Below are positions 35,652 to 46,059 of a DNA stretch of 64,000 nt, piece after piece. Under the pieces are notes generated by a model that searched no databases, was not told the DNA's origin, and worked only from the letters and a program-made list of their open reading frames with translations. Position 1 is the stretch's first letter; each line of letters begins with the position of its first letter. Made by a program: the position numbers and the translations under genes. Source of the stretch: Squalus acanthias (lineage: Eukaryota); the NCBI GenBank assembly GCA_030390025.1, contig CM059432.1:132558001-132622000 (forward strand). The letters run 5' to 3'.

Positions 35652-37150
35652 GGCCAGAATTTTGCGGGGGGGTCAGGCGGGCGTGATCGGTGGCGGGTCA
35701 GGTGGGAAAGTGGTTGTTCCCCCCCCCACAGCAGGTCGGGATCCCGCTGCGAACCCGCTGCCACGCGCCTTCCCCCGATGTCGGGTCTGCCAGTGCTGAG
35801 CAGATCAGATGCTGAGCAGATCAGACACGCAGTGGCGGGGGACCCTATTCAGGTAATTAGTGGCTTGTTTAGAATGATTTTCAGCTTACCTTTTGTATTT
35901 GACAGCTCGCCCATGGGGTCCACACTGGTCGTGGACCACGCCTGTCAAGCTGAGGCGGGAGGTCAGCGGCCATTGAATCAGCTGTTGAGTTCACTGCTTC
36001 AAATGGAAAGTAAAAGCTCCCACATTACGGAGATATCTTCCCTCAGCCACAAGCTCTTCCTCACTGCATTTCCACAACAGATTCACCATGTTGCAAGTCT
36101 TTACATAAGTCTCCATCCAGTCTTACCTCATTACCTCTCACCATTGACAGATCGCTTCTGTCATCTCTACTTCACCTGCCATCTATTCCATCAGCATGGG
36201 TGCCCTTTATACTCTCACCTTGGTCCTCAGAATCCCACCACGATCTGCCCCAACACCAGCAGCACCAACACCACCACCACCCTTCTCTGCAATCAACTGA
36301 TGCTGCACAGGACAGAGGACATCAGCACCCGATCACATTGCTGCCTGGGAGGCCAGGGATGGCCTCACCATGGCCATATTTACTTCACTTGATGCTGTAC
36401 ACCCTGGCTGCCACATGATGTGCCAGGTTGGCACACCCCACACCAACACCATAAAGCATTGCTACAATGCCTTAGCCATTCCTTTCACACTCATTGCCAT
36501 TGCAGGGGGGGGGGGGGTGGGGGCGTTATGTCTCACCATTCACTGCAACTCACTAAGCCACTTCCAAAGATGCACAGAAATCTGTCCAAGAAGTCAAAGT
36601 GTTGAAGATAAAGGTTTCAATATTTGACACCACATTAACAGAAACTTTACATGAATATTGCATGAAACACCCAAGTGCCTACCCTTGTGTGTTGTTAGCT
36701 GGTATGATTGGACTAGGATGAGGGTGAGTGCGAGGGCTGGCTAGTGAGATGGGGAAGTGATAATGTAGATAGAGAGGGAAAGGACCTCCCTGTGTGCTGT
36801 GACTCCCTCTATAAGCATATGAGGGAGTCATGGGAGAGCCTGGGTGCAGCCCCGTGCCTTTGTGGAGTCATTGTCTGTGTTTGCAGCACCTCAATGCTGT
36901 AGAACACTGACAGCACAATTGTCAAAATCAATTTGCGCATGGTCCCTTTAAGGAAACCAGCTGATGACACATCATTAAATGACGCCACCAGACCCGCTTC
37001 CTCTAATTGGCCGGGAAACGCGCTGGGCGGGCTTAACAAGCCCAATCAAGGAAAATTCATTTCACAGAGTGGGATGGAGCCAGCAGCGGGGTCGGATCTG
37101 CCATTGACATCGCCCTCCACGGACCAGCCGAGTTTAGTAAAATCCCGGCC
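35652..37150 (-). mobile_element. Internally deleted Harbinger-type element, copy C (inverted, Myb core further deleted)
   Basis: Ends ggccagaatttt / aaaatcccggcc. Reverse complement is colinear with copies A and B. Confidence 0.85.
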
Positions 37151-37979
37151 ATTGTCACGACTACAACTGGCAGTAGTGGCCACTCTAATTTTGGGACTGA
37201 GGTACATTGTAGAGGCACAGTGGAAGGAGTTTTGCTGTGTATCTGACTGTACCCCATATGACAGTACGAGAAACTGAAGTGGAGAGTATTCCATTCCCAC
37301 TAACATCGTTCACCTTGATGAGCACATAAGAATAATTACTATGTATAATTCAACTGTGATGTGTTGTTATGGAAGAGGTTCACTTCTAAATGCCTAGAGT
37401 TTATTGGTTATGAAACTTGAATATAGAAAAAATGGCCCAGCTAGTGGAACACTTGTACAGTAGTTGAAAGAGAGCTTCAATCTTATTTCATAGGCCCATT
37501 ATTCATAATTTTTGATTCTCAGTAAAGTGTGCTTGAAATGAAATGCTGTAAAACTGTAGTAATGCATTCTATTATTGTATTATCAGTTTTAAGAAGACAA
37601 TAATGAATGATAAGCAAGACATTCAAGGTGGCTTTTTTTTTTAGCTAACTTGAAATTATTTCAAGTGTATTTGTCTCTGCTTCAAATAGCTTATCTACAC
37701 TTCCCTCAAAATATGCAACAACATCCAGTGATCAACTGCAATCTGAAAAATCTGTGACAATCTTCAATGTGAGCAATTGGACAATGATACAAGTAGTGTT
37801 TTTCCAACTCTCAAGAGTACAGTTTCTTCATTTTCTTTTACAAAATGAGTGATCACTGAAGAAAACATTATTCAAGGACAAAGGGACATCATAAATAGAA
37901 ACACAAGGCAATTTATATTCAAACTTTGCTAAACGAGAAATATAGATTTAAAAAGCGCTCCAAAATATCACTGGAATAG

Positions 37980-39795
37980 GGTTCAATATCAAATTTAACT
38001 TTTTATTCATTTTCCCCATCTGTCTTGGTCAAAAAGCCAAAAAATATTATTTAAAAAGCAAGAAACACGGCCAAGGGTTTTAAATACCTTCATGTGTAAC
38101 AAGGCATATTTGTGAAACATTTTTGGTGCTTATTTGTACCTGAACTATCAGCCTATCGCAGTGGATATAAAACCAAAATCCGGATTCCCCCTTTACATTA
38201 GCTGTGCAACTTTTATATTGTGACTTTTGCACACATAAGTCTGAATTTACTATTCCTTTAGATTGCATTTTTTTAAATTAAGAAAACTAGGTGTTTAATG
38301 TGAATTTGGGTCAAATTATCAGCCAGTCAGAATGCAGGATTCCAACAGAACACCATCTAGTAAGTTCAATCATCTACAACCTTAGTTATCTTATGCTTTA
38401 CCCACTGAAAATATTCAGCACTCTAAAATGTAGCAGCATATGCACAGACATAATTGGTAACATATACGTCTCTAGCATTTCCAGCTTATCTACCTGTAGT
38501 TGCGTTTCCATATCGGCCTCAAATATAATGTTGTATATTCACTGTTAAAGATCCAGTCACAGGGAAGCTATTTGGCTGTACTTTAAACCCAATGAAACAT
38601 AAACATGTTCATATTCTGCATTAATAAGTGTGCTCCATTTAAACACTGATGACTATGCAAGTGGAGAATATTACCATCTTGCAAACTTACATAAATCCAT
38701 GGTAAAAAGATTGTAACTGCAAAAAATTCAAAAGTTTAGCAATATGCTTTACTCAGTTCCTTTTTTTTTTAAGAAGACATGTAGCTCTAATATGTTAAAA
38801 TACAATTTATTAATTTTAAAAAAAATCAAAGGATTAAAAAGGAATTGTGCAAAAACAGAATAACTTAAAGGTCACAACACAAAATTGGTTTTGTGATGGG
38901 ATAATTAGGGCATCAGTGGGATGAGTTTGGGCTTTACTGGTCCCCGACTTTTCTTACGTTCTTAATAAAAAGATGAACAGTACACCACTTGAGGTGTGTG
39001 CACGAGAAAATGTTTTGTCAAAACACAGTAATCATGTCTTAACATGGCACTTTTTTTTTTGCACTGGAATAAATTAAGTACAATAAAGAAATCTTTATCT
39101 ATTTAAGCTCACTGTCCAATGAAAATTTCATAACATACCTCATCATAACCACAATGTTTAATGCACATTTTCCAACTGCATGTCCCACTCTAGCTGTGCA
39201 TTGATTTCGGAACTCAGTACAATCAAGATGCATTAAATGTACTCGAGAGGTATATATAATTGTACAATCATGATAAATAACCACTTTAAATACTACCGTA
39301 CCACACAATTATTTCAGTCAAACTGCACACACACGCACATACAAGATGATTTTAAAAAACATATTTGGCCACAATTGGTCCCAGTCTGTAATTTCCACAG
39401 AACCAAAGAAAATGCTTAATACATATTTGATTCATTTACAAAGCAAAAAACCACTAGCCCCTGCTTGAAATTTAAACCAAGACGAAAGCACTCAGTGGCC
39501 AAGTGATATGACTGAAATTCGTAAATCAGGAATTTTATATACATTATTAGTAAACAATCTTTGTGATAATATGGACAACATTGACAAAATCTTGTATTGT
39601 TCCCTTTTACCACATCTGTACAGTTCATATTTTCCATTTTTGACTGATCAAATTTGCTTTTTTAGTAGAAGTAAAGTCGTCAGTCGCACAAGTATCAGGC
39701 GTACTTTACACAGATCCACTGCTGCAGAATGTCCTGACACAGCCAACTAATGACTGCTTGGTCTGATCAAATCACAATGGATATCACCGTGGACT
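37980..39795 (-). other. SLC35B3: Probable SLC35B3 3' UTR with candidate polyadenylation signals (minus-strand AATAAA at 38806-38811 and 38002-38007)
   Basis: AT-rich stretch without recognisable repeats directly after the stop codon. The true 3' end cannot be fixed from DNA alone. Confidence 0.5.
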
Positions 39796-39943
39796 CTACA
39801 CAGTCTGGGACATTGATCTCATTTGTCTTTTCTGGATTCTATTCCAAAGATCAAGCAGTGATGGCAGCTTAATTTGGTCCATATTTTTGCTGTAAATATT
39901 TAGGAAGATACCAAGGAGGACCAGAAGACCTGACCATATATAG
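39796..39943 (-). CDS. SLC35B3: SLC35B3 last coding exon to stop: YIWSGLLVLLGIFLNIYSKNMDQIKLPSLLDLWNRIQKRQMRSMSQTV*
   Basis: ttttttttttcttcaag|CTATATATGG...ACTGTGTAG. Matches recalled human C-terminus YVWSGLLVVLGIFLNVYSKNMDKIRLPSL...AQTV*. 148 nt = 1 + 49 codons. Confidence 0.95.
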
Positions 39944-40694
39944 CTTGAAGAAAAAAAAAATTAATTAGTAATGTAACAATTCGTAGGATTTCTAGTGACC
40001 TACCACATAGTTGCAGTTTTAATACTGAGAACACCATCTCAATGTCAGTGAGCACCAGAGGCTTCTGAAGAGTTTATTCATCAGTAGAATGCCTGTATTC
40101 CCATACCCAAAATCACATCAAAAATTGATTCAGTTGCATCTCCCAGGTCAGTCTTTCAACTCTGAGGTTTGATTGCGTCAAAAACTTTTAAGGCCAGGTT
40201 TCAGCCAATCAAAACTATGTTTATTAAGATGCTCCCACCTCCAAAAAGAATGGCGAGAGCCAGGGTGGGATGGGAGCAAGCAAAACAACATAAAAATAAA
40301 AGTAGAAGCAGCTAAGAAAATGACGAGAGCGGGAGGAATAATAGGGCAAGGTAATTCCAATTGTGCTGAAAGTGTGTACAGGAACAAAACTACTCCCAGC
40401 GTTGTGATGTGTTTATTTCTGAATTTCTTTGTGTGAGCTGAAAACCCAGAACCCATGCAAACAGTTTTTTTTTCTAATTTACAAGAATTGAATTTGAGTT
40501 TCAATTTCTGCTTACATGAGTGCTCGCTCGTTGGGTGTTCTCTAACTACAATGTATAAAACATTTAAGATGTAGAAGCGATCACAGGTGTCCTGTGATGC
40601 AACATTTAAAAGTGAATGAATCTGACCACATACACACAAGTGTAACAATTGCATGTGTGTTATGTCATGACGGTCAGGTGGAAAAGAAATTATA

Positions 40695-41555
40695 AAGATG
40701 GTTATCCAGGGATTAGTCATGGGACCCATATTATATTCATATATTAAAATTAAGCGATTTAGTCAAGGATATAATAAGCAAAATCTTCAATTTGCTGATG
40801 TTACTTAACTAGGAGGCAAAACAAATCATAATAATACAACCGGATTCAGAAGGATTTACATCTTTTAGGTTAAGGCAATTCAATGTATAACATGATTAGT
40901 ATGGGAGCAATAGACCAAAAGGAGGACAATGTGTTAAATTGAATAGTGGTGTAGCTTGCCAATTAAAAAGGTCCAGGAGTTACAGTGGCCAAATTTATAA
41001 AGCCATCAGCCCCGTGTTTAACTGCAGTAATAAAGAAAAATAATGTACTGGATTGCATTACCAAGGGATAAAGTACAAATCTCAAAGGGGTGCATTGCTG
41101 CTGTACAAGGTGTTGGCCAATCCGACCTGGAGTAATGTGTGCTGTTTTGGTTACTTGGTTATAGGACTAAGTTGTTTTTGTCTTTGAGCAACAAAGGTGA
41201 TTCAAGGCATCAATAATTCAAGTTAGCAAAAAAGGTTAAGAAAGTTGGACTTTGTTTCTTTGGAAAAGTGACTTCAAGTTTAGGATTATGAAGGGAATTG
41301 ACCAAATTGATCCAGGCAAATTATTCACTATGGTGAAGGGTCCAAATACCACAGGACAAATTTAAAATGAGGCAGTTAGGAGTAAGGGGTGGCCGGGTGG
41401 AACTTATTCATCCTAAGGGTAAGAAACTTGGAATGAGTTACTATGGAAAGCAAATGAAGCCGACAGTACAAATGGATTCAAGAGACGATTAGATGTGTCT
41501 CTAGAGAAAAAGGGATTGAGAGCTATGGAGAAATTACAGGTAGGTAGGACTGATC
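40695..41555 (+). mobile_element. Highly decayed CR1 RT/3' fragment in the last SLC35B3 intron
   Basis: QGLVMGPILY...FADVT*LGG and RPGVMCAVL-type remnants, with many stops. Confidence 0.65.
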
Positions 41556-41810
41556 TATGAAAAAGTTTGAGCACAGGGCACTGTTAAGCATCCCACTGCT
41601 TGCTCAGCCAGGACCACCCTACCTGTTTGGGCATTGGCTTGCAGAGTTACTTGGATTAGCGTAGGAAGAACCTCAGCTCTGATATCATACTGTATTACTA
41701 CTCCCGAGATCTCATCCACTGTATAGAAGTATATGTAATTTCAAACTATTAGCAAGTCACTTTCTGGTTAGACTGTTCGTGTTGTTTACATGAAATGAAG
41801 ATTTACTTAC

Positions 41811-41880
41811 TGAAAGGTAAAAGGCTTTGAAAAGAAGAGAAATGAAAGCCCAATTGTCATTGCTTTTCTTCCAGTGGTTA
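41811..41880 (-). CDS. SLC35B3: SLC35B3 penultimate coding exon, 70 nt: (V)TTGRKAMTIGLSFLFFSKPFTF(H)
   Basis: tttctttgcag|TAACCACTGGAAGAAAAGCA...ACCTTTCA|gtaagt. Matches recalled human VTTGRKAMTIVLSFIFFAKPFTFQ. Phase 1/2 fits both neighbouring exons. Confidence 0.96.
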
Positions 41881-42204
41881 CTGCAAAGAAACAAATACAG
41901 ATGTTCACCTCTATTCAGAACACACAGCTTTTTAAGCCACCAAGACAATATAAAAAAATCAGGAGAGTAATTTTCTGAATATTTCTGTGAATAGCTTCAA
42001 ATCAGTTGGCAGATAATTAACAATTTGAGAAATCCATGCTTGAGAAGTGAATGAATAGCACTACAATCAAACATCTTGCTGGCCTAGGAAATTTCTAAAA
42101 AAGCCACTGTGTTTATAGTTTGCAATAGCAGGTTCAACTGTACAACCTATTTCAACCCCACTTCAATGCAGACCAATATTAGTTGGATTGCATGATTAAA
42201 GAGC

Positions 42205-43690
42205 CATAGACATTTGCAGCACAGAAGGATGCGATCTGGCCGTGTCTGTGCCAGCTTTTTGCTAGGATAATCTCTATGGTTTTAATGTCCTTTTGATATT
42301 AAGGTACCCAAAACTGTACATAGTACACTAACTGTGACCTAACGAATATTTTGTGTAAATGTATTAATTCTTTCCTCTTGTATTCTATGGTCTTTACAAA
42401 ACCCCAAATGCTGTTGACCTTTATAGATTTATCTGCCTGCACTCACTTTAAGAGAGTTATGTATTTGAACCCCTAGGTGTCTTTGTTCATCTACCCCCTT
42501 CAGTATCTTTACTTGTTTTCCCAAAATGTATTACCTCACACTTATCTGCCAACTGCCTGGCCATTCCACTAACCTATGTCTTCCTCAAGTCTTTTACAGT
42601 CCTCCTTGTCATTTGCCAAACCCTTTACTTTTGTACTGTCAGCAAATTTCAAGATTGTACTCATTGGGGTAGAGTTTCCACTTTGGGTGCAATCGAGGCG
42701 CAAAATTACATTCAAAATTGCACTAGTTTTCCGAAGTGAAGTTTATGGTTCAAGTTTCTGCTCGAACTTATTTGCATAATCACAAACGTAAAATCTTCCA
42801 TGAACCAGCGCAATCGGGCGGTGTTTTAGAATGCAATTGTTTATTTTTTCCTTTTGCATTGAACAATATTCCTTGCTATATTTAAGAGTGGTAACCTGGT
42901 GCAGTTTTATTAATACAGCTGAAAATGGGTTTATCACAAAAAGTAAGCATTTTTAATATGAATGTCTAGTCCACCACCTGTGAGTAACCTGATTTTAAAT
43001 AACTGAAAATGACTTTAATAAACTATACAGAACCATTTTCTAGTTTCATTGGTGCACAATTGTCAGTTTCTTAGTAAATTAAATATTTTTTAATATTTAA
43101 AAACTTTTAAATGGTGTCTATTAGTGTCCTTGCGCCTAAAAAAAAAAGCTACATTTTAAGAGCCTCCTCAAAGAGCCGCAAACAGGCGCAATTAGTGGAA
43201 ACTAATTGCAATGGTGATTAATTCGATCTGGGGGCGTGGCCAGTTTTATGGGCGAGACCGACTTCCAGCATGATGTTTTATGAACCAGCGCAAAAGATCA
43301 CAGAAACTTGATTTGCGCTGACTATAACTTGCGCTTGAAATTCCTCGATCTTTTGCACTGGTTTGGCTGATTTTGGGCACATTGTGCTGGAAACCGAGCA
43401 GAAACTCTACCCCATATGTCTAAGTCCATATCCTCTATACACAGGGAGAACAAAGGTGAACCTATCACTTAGCCCTGGGGTACACCACTTCCAAACCATT
43501 TCCAATCAAGGGAATCCCATTTACCCTAACTATTAATTTCCTTTCTGTTAACCAAATTTCTATTAATGCTGCTACATTTCCTCTTATACATCATAATGAA
43601 TTTTCCTAGCACACCTCAAAACATCTTAGCGAAAACCATCTGAAAATCCATATACACTACACCTAGTCATGCTCTTTATCTATCGAGTCA
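42205..43690 (-). mobile_element. Old CR1 fragment split by the TIR element at 42666-43413
   Basis: Minus-strand SGVPQG motif (near 43480) continues into KFAD (near 42640) across the insertion. Confidence 0.75.
42666..43413. mobile_element. Non-autonomous TIR element, 748 bp, with AT-rich core and internal hairpins
   Basis: Perfect 13-bp TIR GGGGTAGAGTTTC/GAAACTCTACCCC; flanks ATT/ATA. Confidence 0.88.
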
Positions 43691-43887
43691 GTTAGTAAGA
43701 TGGTACTGTGATGCATGAGACAGCAATTCTAACTTCATTGTTAATTCAAGTGACGCCTTAAATCTAGTTTTTCTGCAGAGAAATACAGTTTGAACAAAAA
43801 TATTGCATACTTGAGCATGTGGGCATCTTTGTCCAGCAAATCAAAAGGCAATTATACAGAATATTGTAATTTGAATTCAGTTTAAAA

Positions 43888-44147
43888 AATAATAATCTGG
43901 AAATAAAAAGTGAACATGAAGCTGTCGGATTGTTGGAAAAACTCTACTGGTTCACTGTCCTTTAAGGAATGAAATCTGCTGTCCTTATCCGGTCTGCCCT
44001 ATATGTGACTCCAGCCTCACACCATAGTGGTTGACATTTAACTGCTATCTAAAGTTGCCTAGCAAGCCACTCAGTTGAATCAATGAAAATGGGCAATAAA
44101 TGCTGGCCTCGCTAGGGATGCCCACATCCCGAGAAAGAATAAAAAAA
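43888..44147 (+). mobile_element. SINE-like 3' half sharing its tail with the LINE at 52412-53425
   Basis: gggcaataaatgctggcctcgctagggatgcccacatccc versus gggcaataaatgctggccttgccagtgacgcccacatccc. Confidence 0.7.
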
Positions 44148-44699
44148 TTGTAATTAATTCTAGCACTGCTCGTTATATGCATATTGGCATCGACTTGTGT
44201 AGCTCTGCTTCTTCAGAGAGGCACAGATCATGTATAAATAATTGGCAAATTGGTAACAAGGGAGCATATACTTTTTTGAGCAAGAGAGACTATAACATAA
44301 GAAGAGAATTGGATAAATATTTGCAAAGGAATATAAAGATATATTGGGAAAGGGCAGGGAAGCAAGATAATAGACATCTCTAGTTGAAGCCCTAGTACAG
44401 GCTCAGGTACAATGGACAGATAAGCTTTCTCTTGTGCTGTATGTCCCATGATTTTGAACCGAGCTCTTTTCTCTCATCTCTAACACCTAAACTTGTTCTT
44501 AAATGACATCAAATTTACTGTAAATATGAAGACAGTTTCGATTTACTTGTTTTAGATTTTCTCAATATTTGAGCTTTCTCTTAGCCTACGTGTCTTTTAT
44601 TTTACACCATTTAACAATTTTCTTTGCTCGCCAAGCTTTAATATTTTTCCAGTAAATTTACATATAACACATCTTTTTTGACATGGCATGCAGAGACCT

Positions 44700-45040
44700 G
44701 GAAACCGGTTGACTATGTTTCTTCTCAGCTGGGGAATGGGGACAAGATGGTTCAAATCCAGCCCAGTCTAATGGGATTAAAGTTTCTTCTGTTTGCTAGC
44801 GGAGAGGGTCTATAATGAATGAGTTTGGGAAGTCTCAATCCAGTTTCTCATAGGAAAAAGGAGCTAAAACACAAAACTGGCAATCGTACTCAGATGTTGG
44901 TGTGGAAAATGGGGAAAAAGATGCCAGTAATGAACGAGTTGCACTCATTTAAGGTTGGGGATGAGACACATTGTTGAGGTGGAGTAGAGGCAGCTGCCTC
45001 TGGTTGTGCTATACCTGACCAGAGCTTGCTTGTTACTGAC
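44700..45040 (+). mobile_element. Ancient tRNA-derived SINE resembling LF-SINE; related split copy at 35465-35651 plus 37151-37265
   Basis: ggttcaaatccagcccag, gagtttgggaagtctcaatccagtt and tgagacacattg blocks are shared between copies and resemble the recalled LF-SINE consensus. Confidence 0.55.
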
Positions 45041-46059
45041 ACTGGGCACCCGAAATGGGAAGAGCTCCATTCCCCATGCACTAACATCCCTCACCTAGAG
45101 CACAAAATTAAAAAATATTGTATAAAATACATAGACATGATTGAAAAAGGGTTGAACAAAGAATATATTTGGATGCATAATTTTAACATATTGTATAGTA
45201 TTAGAAAAAATTGAACCACACACACACCATTCATATACATTATAATTCCAAAAAAGAATCACCGAGAAAGTCATAAACAACTCAGCTTTAACATGTTATG
45301 ATGTTGGAATGTCATGCATGTGACTCCTCACGTTTCTGTGTGGTACAAAGAGCATATTTTGATTCACAAACCAAAGAAAATGACGATGGGGATACATTTA
45401 AGTATATTCCCTCCCAAGCAAGACATAGCAGCGTGGAAATGCCTTGTTTAGTAATTACCTTGAATAAAGGAATCAGCAAGACCCCATCAGCTAATAATCT
45501 TTCTTCATTTGTCACATTCTCCAAACCTTTGATGAAATTGACCAAGTGGTACAATTACAAAGGAAAGCCTTGTGTAGGAACTGAAACTCCAACTGATACC
45601 CCTCTTCCTCTCCCCCTCCAACTACTTGGGCTATGGTCCACAGGAAGGATAGGAGAACAGAACAAAACAAAACCTGCAACGATCAACACTACCAATCTCA
45701 GATCTGGAACAAAGGACTTCAGGATGGCCACCCTGAGGCTCTGTGCTAATTTGGGGTGGAAGGTACCAATTTTATGAAGGAGAAATCAAGGTGGGGATCA
45801 GGCAACAAAGACAACATCCTTTCCCAATCAAAGTTACGAAATGTCTTACAGCACTTTGAAGGTGTCTGGGTAACTATTGGGGTTCAACCACCGTGGAAGC
45901 AGTGGGCAAACCCTAAACTGTTGGGATGAGGGCTATATTACTCTTGGAGAAGTCACAAGCTGAAAAACTGATTGAATCAAACCCCAAGACACAAAATCCT
46001 AGCACTCTCGACAGGGGTAAACACGAGCTCCTTCCCCAGGTGACAAAATATTTGGAACC

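Noticed and set aside
35538..36392. Longest ORF in the track (284 aa) as a host gene
   Set aside because: Crosses an old SINE and the terminus of Harbinger copy C. Equivalent sequence in copies A and B is not one open frame, and no domain is recognisable.
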